DNA from: Methanobacteriota archaeon
Lineage (GTDB): Archaea; Thermoplasmatota; Poseidoniia; Poseidoniales; Poseidoniaceae
Assembly: GCA_002715725.1 (NCBI GenBank)
Contig: PAZU01000006.1
Coordinates: 1-50,806 of the forward strand
Length of the DNA: 50,806 nucleotides
Direction of reading: 5' to 3'
Shown here: positions 43,848-50,806 of the stretch, piece after piece
How positions within the stretch are numbered: the first letter of the stretch is position 1
How the letters are laid out: each line of letters starts with the position of its first letter
Position numbers and translations under genes: made by a program
The notes under the pieces: model-generated
The model's input: the letters and a program-made list of their open reading frames with translations, nothing else
Database searches by the model: none
Told to the model about the DNA's origin: nothing

Positions 43848-46610
43848 ATGAAGAGATTTTTCGATGGGATGACTAGTTTCAGTACAGAGAGGCCTAAAAC
43901 GACAATTGCGATAATACTGGTCTTCATTTTTTCATTGACTCCCAATGCTATGTTCATCAATTTTGACAACAGTGAAGATGCATTCTTTCCAGACAATGAA
44001 ACTGTTAGATTGCTAAATGAAGTTGAAGATGAATATCAAGCATCAATCGATTTCATACGCTTCATCGACGATATTGATTCAGGCGACCTGTATGAAGAAT
44101 CCACTTGGCAACAATTAGCAATGCTGGAAGCTATTTTGCTTGAGAATCAAGACTTAGAAGAGTACCAGTATCCGTTATTTGGAATACAGCCGAACAATGG
44201 CATGGCTAGTGCTGCAATACAGTGGCACAACTTGCAAGACCCACTAACTGCAAGTTCATGGATTGAGGATTTACAAATCGCTATCGATGCTGCTGCCTCT
44301 TCTGACAATGCTAGCCTGGCAAGTAATCTTGCAAATCTTACAGAAGCAGGAAACAATCTGCCAAGTCCAGAATTAGTCAGTGCTAGTGATTTGAGGAATT
44401 GGGTACCAGAAGATCCCAATTTATGGCTTGAAAGAATCGATAGTGGAGCTAATCTAACTTCAAATTTGTCAGTACTATCCCTCGACCTTACCAATCTAAT
44501 TCAAGGCCCGAACAGTAGTGAAATTGCAATGGTTGCAGGACCGATTTCCGGAAAAATTGGAATACTAATGGGTATGCAGTCAATTGATTATCGCTCAATG
44601 ATGATTTCTAACCTACCCGCTGAAGATTCAACCGAACCTTGGAACTCTGATGGTCCAGTACTCACTACTTTCGTTGTTGTAACAGAGCCAGGGGAACACG
44701 GTGTTGAAGTGATTGGAGATGTTCAAGAAAAGGTTTCTGAATGGGCTGACGAACTTGCCTCACAAGCCAAATCTGAAACTGGTGATTCAGAAATTACAGT
44801 ATTCTCATTTTCACAACTTGCAACAGGACAAAATGCAAATTTAGGCAAAGAATTGGGAATACTAAACTCCCTATGTTTGCTACTTCTAGGATTCATATTG
44901 TGGACAAAATTCCGAAGCAAGCGAGATACTGCAAATGTATTGATGCTTACAGTTCTAGCAATCCTGTCCACTTATGGTATGGCAGGATTACTGACTTTAT
45001 TGGGTGTGAAAATGGTATTCAATGCGGCAATGAATTCTATCCCAATTCTGTTGTTAGCAATTGGTGTTGACTATGGATTACACGTAGTGGCTAGAATTAG
45101 GGAGGAGTTACAAAACCAAGAGAAGGCCGACCCACAGGGTAGGGAAAATCTGAGAGATTTCTCTGTTGAAGCAAGAAGAATTGCCATTCGTAAAGGAACT
45201 ATACTTACCTCTGCAGCATTGATGGTTGCTATCTTTACAGACATGGTTGGATTCCTTTCATTCCGCTTCTCCTCACAGCAATTCTTAGTTTCATTCGGTA
45301 CAGTTATCGCAATAGGTTTGTTTTTCATCTATCTATTGAGTATCACTGCATTACCTGCATTGATGATGATTATACCACCAAAGAAATTGCCTTTAGAAAA
45401 GTCAGGGAAGAACGACATTGGTCCAATTTCATCATGGATAGGTTCACTTGTGCATGCTCCTCAAAAAGTGATATTGGTTGCGATATTAATTTCAGTTCCA
45501 ATGTTCCTTGGATTCCAACAATTGGAAGTTGGATTCGATACTAGAGAAAATTTCGATGAATCGGTTCCTGTTGTCCAAGATTTCTTCTTAATTGCCGATG
45601 AATTCCAAAGCAGCCCCTCTCCTTTGTATGCCGTGGTTGAAGGTAACGTTATTTCTCAAGATGGAAGAGAACTCTATGACAGTACCATTTCTGAATTGTT
45701 ACAAAATTCAAAGACAGCAGGTCTACCAGTTGGAATATGGGGGATATTAGAGGAATCTCGAGGAACAAATAGCGAACTAGATTCACTGATGAATGATTTG
45801 GGCGATGATGAATCGACTTGGTTTGCTCTAGAAACTTGGCTGCTCAGCGAAGCAGGAAGAAATATTTCTTCAGGAAATTTGAATTCTGATGCATCACAAA
45901 CCGTAATTTCGTTCCAAGCAGCAACTTTGAATTGGCAAGCTACTGTAGATTTTGAATCTGATTTGTCAAAGAATCTTACAGATTTAGCGAAGGAAAGCGA
46001 TGGAGAATTCACGGTTCAATTGTCGGGTAGATCTCTAATTGTAGCACAAGTCACTGCTGATGTAGCAGATTCTGCAGTCGTTTCTACAGGTACTGTTGCA
46101 GCGGTGATTTTGCTAATGCTCGTTGGAATAAATACAGTGAGGCAAAAAAATGTAATTCGAGGCGTAGCGAGAGGTTTCGTAACTTGGGTTCCATTGATGG
46201 TAGTAGTTGTATGGGTCTATGGAATAATGGGCCTTACTGGTTATCAATTGAACTCTCAAACAGTGACAATTGGTGCATTAACTCTTGGTTTGGGTGTTGA
46301 CTATGCCGTACACTTGACCACGAGGCTAGAAGAAGAAGTCGAGCATGCCCCAAGTGCTGACCCTGCCGTTTGGTCATCCAAAACTACCGCAACTACTGGC
46401 CGAGCAATGTTTGGTGCAGCATTAACAACTGCAGGTGGATTTTCAGTTCTAAATTTCTCATCACTTGTCCCATTACAATTGTTCGGACAGGTTTTCGTGG
46501 TTGCAATAGTTCTTGCATTAGTTTCTAGCTTGTTTGTATTACCGGCGCTGTACACTCCATTCCTCAAGCAAGATGCAAAGAAGTATCTTGCGAATACTGA
46601 GAGTGAGTAA
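43848..46610 (+). CDS. RND-superfamily transporter, MMPL / HAE3-like (hydrophobe/amphiphile exporter)
   Basis: A duplicated 1+5 TM architecture with two large extracytoplasmic loops. Paired signature segments GVDYGLHVVARIREE and GVDYAVHLTTRLEEE are typical of MMPL/HAE3 proteins. Confidence 0.85.
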   Translation: MKRFFDGMTSFSTERPKTTIAIILVFIFSLTPNAMFINFDNSEDAFFPDNETVRLLNEVEDEYQASIDFIRFIDDIDSGDLYEESTWQQLAMLEAILLENQDLEEYQYPLFGIQPNNGMASAAIQWHNLQDPLTASSWIEDLQIAIDAAASSDNASLASNLANLTEAGNNLPSPELVSASDLRNWVPEDPNLWLERIDSGANLTSNLSVLSLDLTNLIQGPNSSEIAMVAGPISGKIGILMGMQSIDYRSMMISNLPAEDSTEPWNSDGPVLTTFVVVTEPGEHGVEVIGDVQEKVSEWADELASQAKSETGDSEITVFSFSQLATGQNANLGKELGILNSLCLLLLGFILWTKFRSKRDTANVLMLTVLAILSTYGMAGLLTLLGVKMVFNAAMNSIPILLLAIGVDYGLHVVARIREELQNQEKADPQGRENLRDFSVEARRIAIRKGTILTSAALMVAIFTDMVGFLSFRFSSQQFLVSFGTVIAIGLFFIYLLSITALPALMMIIPPKKLPLEKSGKNDIGPISSWIGSLVHAPQKVILVAILISVPMFLGFQQLEVGFDTRENFDESVPVVQDFFLIADEFQSSPSPLYAVVEGNVISQDGRELYDSTISELLQNSKTAGLPVGIWGILEESRGTNSELDSLMNDLGDDESTWFALETWLLSEAGRNISSGNLNSDASQTVISFQAATLNWQATVDFESDLSKNLTDLAKESDGEFTVQLSGRSLIVAQVTADVADSAVVSTGTVAAVILLMLVGINTVRQKNVIRGVARGFVTWVPLMVVVVWVYGIMGLTGYQLNSQTVTIGALTLGLGVDYAVHLTTRLEEEVEHAPSADPAVWSSKTTATTGRAMFGAALTTAGGFSVLNFSSLVPLQLFGQVFVVAIVLALVSSLFVLPALYTPFLKQDAKKYLANTESE

Positions 46611-46973
46611 TCAAACTGCTCGGTCTTCAAGTAATTCTAGAGGAATGATTTCCAGCGCCTTGACATTGGTTGCTTCTAAATCTACAGGGCATGCTTGTCC
46701 ATGGTTCAAAGCGTCGAGCCATGTACGCGCGCATACACACCATGAATCACCTGGCTTTAGGCCTGGGAAGTTGAAATGCGGTGCTGGTGTAATCAAATCA
46801 TTGCCTTTAGATTTAGCAAATTGCAGGAATTCTTCGGTAACGATAGCGCATATCGTGTGGGAACCCCTGTCCGAATCATCTGTGTTACAATGTCCATCAC
46901 GGTACCAGCCGGTTAGAGGCTTGCATGAGCACTCTCCGATATCATTGCCTATCACATTCTTCTGAGCGCCCAT
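46611..46973 (-). CDS. DUF2237-family protein
   Basis: LTGWYRDGHCNTDDSDRGSHTICAIVTEEFLQFAKSKGNDLITP...FPGLKPGDSWCVCARTW...LEAT matches the conserved DUF2237 pattern as I remember it. Confidence 0.85.
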   Translation of the reverse strand: MGAQKNVIGNDIGECSCKPLTGWYRDGHCNTDDSDRGSHTICAIVTEEFLQFAKSKGNDLITPAPHFNFPGLKPGDSWCVCARTWLDALNHGQACPVDLEATNVKALEIIPLELLEDRAV

Positions 46974-47019
46974 GGGGTGTTGTCAAGAAAATTATACTTG
47001 AAATTATGTATAGTTTCAT

Positions 47020-47226
47020 TCATCTTGGCATAAAGAAAGTATTGGCCCATATTCCAATTGCCATAACTATGTACAAAATCATGCAAAACCAGAATGTTTT
47101 GGGGGCAAATTCTCTTGTTACCCATCCTTTTCCCTTTGCATGTACGCCTTGATTTACCCAGCAATAACCGGCATATAGTAGAATCATTATTGAGATTACT
47201 AAATTGATTATTAGTCGAATTTCCAT
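47020..47226 (-). CDS. Small two-TM membrane protein, hypothetical
   Basis: A 68-aa ORF with two hydrophobic helices separated by a basic loop (HAKGKGWVTREFAPK). It lies 8 nt after the upstream gene on the same strand. Short, and no family recognised. Confidence 0.4.
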   Translation of the reverse strand: MEIRLIINLVISIMILLYAGYCWVNQGVHAKGKGWVTREFAPKTFWFCMILYIVMAIGIWANTFFMPR

Positions 47227-47234
47227 CTAATCAC

Positions 47235-47993
47235 CTATAGTCCACCTTGAGGGGGATTTCCGAAATCAGGTTGTGACATGTGAGTCTGATTTGGCGTAAC
47301 CGCTGGTGTTTGGGCACTGAGCATTTGATTGCCTGCAGGAGGCATGTACATCATTTCCTGGTTTTTGTTGTCCTTCATGGTTAATGCCATGATTCCACCA
47401 ATTATCAAGAATAAAACTCCACAGCAAATGCTGCCGGAACCGCCAACGAATCCGAGAATCATTATTCCTATGTCGTCACCCAATTCTTCACCAACCTTCT
47501 CATCATAGGTTACCCAGACACTTTGATTTGACTCAAATGAAACATTTCCTGCATAACATCCCCAGCAAGCACGGCCAATCTTGACTAGACCCTTGTTATC
47601 TCGATCATAATTCGTGTTTTTGTCATTAGCATCACATTGCTGATTTGCTTGAACTTCGTTGTAGAAATTACCATCTAACAATTCAGCCCATTCCCAAGAA
47701 TTGTTCACATCAGGACTTTCTGTGATTGTAACTTCGGTGTTTTGACAGACATCCCAGATGTCATTTCCATCCTTGTCTTCATAAACACCTTTAACCCAAA
47801 AAGTCAGCCCGACATCTCCCTTTCCATCTACGTCTTCAATCATGATTGTTCCATTAGTGGCATCTTCAAATTCAAATGTGTTCCAACTGTCTTTCAAGTC
47901 ATCTACTTGGCCTGCTCCTAATGCAAAACCTACAATGCCGATGACGGTTGCAATCGTTCCTATAATGAGTAATACTTTTGCTGCTGTATGCAT
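47235..47993 (-). CDS. Hypothetical bitopic membrane protein with Cys-containing extracellular domain and Pro/Gln-rich tail
   Basis: N-terminal TM (VLLIIGTIATVIGIVGFAL), a ~150-aa acidic domain with 5 Cys, a second TM (ICCGVLFLIIGGIMAL) and a P/Q-rich end. It lies 12 nt downstream of the SPFH gene. Confidence 0.6.
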   Translation of the reverse strand: MHTAAKVLLIIGTIATVIGIVGFALGAGQVDDLKDSWNTFEFEDATNGTIMIEDVDGKGDVGLTFWVKGVYEDKDGNDIWDVCQNTEVTITESPDVNNSWEWAELLDGNFYNEVQANQQCDANDKNTNYDRDNKGLVKIGRACWGCYAGNVSFESNQSVWVTYDEKVGEELGDDIGIMILGFVGGSGSICCGVLFLIIGGIMALTMKDNKNQEMMYMPPAGNQMLSAQTPAVTPNQTHMSQPDFGNPPQGGL

Positions 47994-48005
47994 ATTTTCA
48001 CCTCA

Positions 48006-48923
48006 TTAGTTTAGAGATCCAGTGTTGACTACAGGAGTAGTGTCCGTCTCAGAACAAAGTACTACCAGCAGGTTGCTAACCATGGTTGCTTTCTTATCTT
48101 CATCTAGTTCGATGATTCCCTTTGTACTCAATTGTTGTAGTGCAAGTTCGACCATTCCGACTGCACCATCAACGATCTCTCGTCGTGCCGCAACCACTGC
48201 ACTTGCCTGTTGGCGGCGTAGCATTGCTTGTGCAATTTCTGTAGAATATGCAAGGTAAGAGATTCTAGCCTCCAATACTTGGATACCAGCTCTTGCTAGG
48301 CGGGCCTCAACAGATTGTTGCAATTGTTTTGCAATCTCATCTTGGTGACTGGATAGAGTAATTCCTCCGATGTCTTTCTCTTCAATAGCATCGTAAGGAT
48401 ACTTAGTTGCCATTTCACGAAGTGCGGCTTCACTTTGGATTTGTACGTAATGTCCGTAATTTTCCACTTCGAACATAGCCTCTGCAGCATCATAAACCTT
48501 CCAAACAACTACTGCCGCAATATCGATTGGGTTTGCGTTAACATCGTTAACTTTCAACTTGCTAGATTCGAAGTTGTTAATCTTGAACGAGATCTTGGAT
48601 TTACTGTAAAGTGGGTTGAGGAAGAATCTGAAACCTTCAGTCTTTAATGTTGAAACGTATTTTCCAAAGAACTGATTTACAACTGCTTCATTTGGATTTA
48701 CAATCACGTATGAATTCCACATTACTAACCAAATAGGGCCAGTGATAATCAATAGAAGTGCGCCTGGTCCGGTGGCGGTTAATCCTAAATTGAATACACT
48801 CAGTACCAAATGGATGGCTACGCCAATGAATCCATTAATCGATTTCGCATCTTTGTCTTTAAATTGGGGCTCTGTTTGTGGAACCACTACTTGATTCGGT
48901 ATGCTAACGGCTGCGGGCTGCAT
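48006..48923 (-). CDS. SPFH/Band 7 (stomatin/prohibitin-like) domain protein
   Basis: An N-terminal membrane hairpin is followed by an SPFH core (VIVNPNEAVVNQFFGKY ... IDIAAVVVWKV ... ALREMATKY ... GIQVLEARISYLAYSTEIAQAMLRRQQA). Confidence 0.88.
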   Translation of the reverse strand: MQPAAVSIPNQVVVPQTEPQFKDKDAKSINGFIGVAIHLVLSVFNLGLTATGPGALLLIITGPIWLVMWNSYVIVNPNEAVVNQFFGKYVSTLKTEGFRFFLNPLYSKSKISFKINNFESSKLKVNDVNANPIDIAAVVVWKVYDAAEAMFEVENYGHYVQIQSEAALREMATKYPYDAIEEKDIGGITLSSHQDEIAKQLQQSVEARLARAGIQVLEARISYLAYSTEIAQAMLRRQQASAVVAARREIVDGAVGMVELALQQLSTKGIIELDEDKKATMVSNLLVVLCSETDTTPVVNTGSLN

Positions 48924-48988
48924 AATTTCGACTAGTATAGCCGACTATTTTATGCCATCCTATTGACAACATAGTTTTCGATACAGTC

Positions 48989-50806
48989 TCAATCATTTGA
49001 TTGAGGCTCATCGCTAGAATCTTCAATACTATCTTCGACATCACCAGTGAGTTCAGTTGCCTCTGGTTCATCTCCCCATTTTGATTCACCAACTGGATCT
49101 TGTTCTCCCTTGAAAATTAATACAGCACCAACAAGCAGTGATGACAAACCTACAATCCACAGGCTAAGAGCAACATAGTCAGCCCAATGGTCAAAGTTGG
49201 TAAAGAATGCAAAGAAATCTTGGTTGGTTACAATCTGAGATTCCATTGTTTCAGCAGTTTCATCATCGAGTTCAGCAGATGTTTTGATGACGAAAACTTC
49301 CTGCAAATCAGATTGTTCAGGAGCAGTCTTTTGGTCCGTGATATTTCTTGTATCTAGCCAGAAAGTCGATTCCGATTGTCCACCGATGATGGCGCCACTT
49401 AATTGCTCTACTTTGACTTCGACATCACTGCCAAAGAAAACCGGTAATGCTCCAGGAATAGCGTCGAGAAGTTCACCACTGTTGATGAGTTTGGCTTGAA
49501 TCGGCCTGTTCAGCGGGTCCATGCTTGCTGTACAAACGTCTACAGGAATCCCTTTCAGTGTACTCTCTTTTTCACAATAAACATCAGCAGTGCCGTATCC
49601 TGATAAGTCAACTAAATCACCTTCTCCAGTAATGAATCCACCAGTGGTCTCGCCTTGTAATTCAGCTGTAATCAAACCGTAAGTGTCCTTTTGCTTAGAC
49701 AGGTTTCGCCAACTGACATACTCACTATCACCGACTTGGATGGTTTCACCCTTATCGCAAGAATCAACTTCACCGGTACAAATCGTGATTGTAGATGGAT
49801 CTCCTGTGGATATACCTCCTTCAACATAGGCGGCAGAACCGAAGAATGTCTCATTTGCTTCAAGACTTGTCCAACCAGAGGTCATATTTTCTGAATCTCC
49901 AGTGTCGAGATACGCATTTACTGGGTCGTGCCATCCTAGCAACCAGTTGTTGACCGACTGAGTGAGATACTTGCTGGTTCCAAAGGAATCGATTAGGAAA
50001 TCAGGTACGAAATTTTTGAACACTACTTCCATCATCAGTAACTTTGCTGCGCCTGCTGCTTCCACGTCAATTCCGTAAATTTCTGCAACTGTTTCGTTTG
50101 TCCACTCTCTGGCATCTGCATATTCTTCAGTTGTATAATTGATAGGCAGGGTTTTGCCGCTTAATTCACCGTAAAGGAACATATTAGCACCCTTGGCTGT
50201 AGTTAGACCCCAATCGCCGTACAGCATTTCTGCACTTTGTTCTTGAGTTAGGTCGATTGGGTCTGAATCGGGGAATCCATATGTTCCAGTACCCCACATT
50301 CCACCAATATTGAGAGAGTATTCCATGTAACTATCATCGATAGGATTGATTGAACCAAATGTTTGGTTTACGAATTGTGATGCCGAAATATATCCCTCTC
50401 CGCCAACTAAAATTAGTGGTAAAGTGGCGATATTATCCATCCAATCACTACAATAATCCTTCAAAACTTGATGTTGGTTTCCGGTTATTCCGTATGTAGA
50501 AATTGCAGTATCCTTATCCATTTCAAGGAATTCAGATAGTCCAAACGAGGTTCCGGATTCACTAACTGCTAGAATCCCCATTGGGTCATCAGTTCCATCA
50601 CCCATAGTTAGTAAATCGACTGCAACTTCATCCTCTATCTCAATTCCAAACAAGCGTTCTACTCTTACTGAAAGATTTACATCATCTTCAGAGTAATCGG
50701 TCAAGTAGTCATCATTGCCTGCTCCATATTCGAGCATCAATGCACCCATTCCTCCATACAGAGTCCAATCTCTTGCGAGAGTAACATTTAGATCTGTAGG
50801 GTGTGC
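48989..50806 (-). CDS. Large membrane-anchored surface protein, 5'-partial (open to window edge); C-terminal ~290 aa tentatively CD36/LIMP-2/SR-B-like
   Basis: The reading frame stays open upstream of the tracked Met (AHPTDLNVTLARDWTLYGG-M...) to nt 50806. C-terminal TM ALSLWIVGLSSLLVGAVLIF plus an acidic tail. CD36-like collinear motifs are listed in the findings. Confidence 0.8.
   Translation of the reverse strand, partial: AHPTDLNVTLARDWTLYGGMGALMLEYGAGNDDYLTDYSEDDVNLSVRVERLFGIEIEDEVAVDLLTMGDGTDDPMGILAVSESGTSFGLSEFLEMDKDTAISTYGITGNQHQVLKDYCSDWMDNIATLPLILVGGEGYISASQFVNQTFGSINPIDDSYMEYSLNIGGMWGTGTYGFPDSDPIDLTQEQSAEMLYGDWGLTTAKGANMFLYGELSGKTLPINYTTEEYADAREWTNETVAEIYGIDVEAAGAAKLLMMEVVFKNFVPDFLIDSFGTSKYLTQSVNNWLLGWHDPVNAYLDTGDSENMTSGWTSLEANETFFGSAAYVEGGISTGDPSTITICTGEVDSCDKGETIQVGDSEYVSWRNLSKQKDTYGLITAELQGETTGGFITGEGDLVDLSGYGTADVYCEKESTLKGIPVDVCTASMDPLNRPIQAKLINSGELLDAIPGALPVFFGSDVEVKVEQLSGAIIGGQSESTFWLDTRNITDQKTAPEQSDLQEVFVIKTSAELDDETAETMESQIVTNQDFFAFFTNFDHWADYVALSLWIVGLSSLLVGAVLIFKGEQDPVGESKWGDEPEATELTGDVEDSIEDSSDEPQSND

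Noticed and set aside
43589-46610. tRNA-adjacent integrated element or genomic island
   Set aside because: No integrase, recombinase or phage-like gene is present. I saw no direct repeat of the tRNA 3' end downstream. The flanking genes look like ordinary membrane functions.
46534-46965. 143-aa plus-strand ORF overlapping the RND gene end and the DUF2237 gene
   Set aside because: The DUF2237 reading on the minus strand has a strong family signature. The plus-strand ORF is Ser/Arg-rich with no recognisable features.

Overview
This is a very gene-dense chromosomal segment from an archaeon. Archaeal information-processing markers are TFB, ribosomal protein L40e, RFC small subunit, membrane LonB, archaeal-type AspRS, TrmI, UPF0147, an A24 prepilin-type peptidase and an intron-containing tRNA-CAT with a clean bulge-helix-bulge motif. 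They are interleaved with bacterial-looking metabolic genes and five very large membrane-anchored surface proteins (1127, 1090, 862, 3018 and more than 605 aa). This mix, plus extreme compaction, is what I would expect from a streamlined marine planktonic euryarchaeon (Marine Group II / Poseidoniales-like); that placement is inference only. No rRNA, CRISPR array, transposase or integrase was seen. The leads most worth a second look are: (1) the truncated ORF at the right edge, whose C-terminal ~290 aa carry collinear motifs of the eukaryotic CD36/LIMP-2/SR-B family, next to an SPFH gene and an MMPL/HAE3 RND transporter; (2) a same-strand catabolic-looking cluster (18.5-29.8 kb) with an AmnB-like extradiol dioxygenase, an AmnA-like subunit fused to a RidA deaminase domain, a muconic-semialdehyde-type ALDH, an asparaginase-II-family amidohydrolase, a luciferase-like oxidoreductase, an arylformamidase-like hydrolase and an APC permease; (3) surface giants with unusual add-ons: a WCGPC thioredoxin head, a cytoplasmic zinc-ribbon tail, a 12x GGNNT sequon repeat, about eight DNRLRE-like modules and a shared W-rich cytoplasmic tail motif; (4) all eight convergent gene junctions lack a spacer, five of them with exactly back-to-back stop codons; (5) a small family of CCC-NNN-GGG triloop palindromes in the few intergenic spacers. 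All homology statements come from reading the translations and remembering family signatures. No searches were run.
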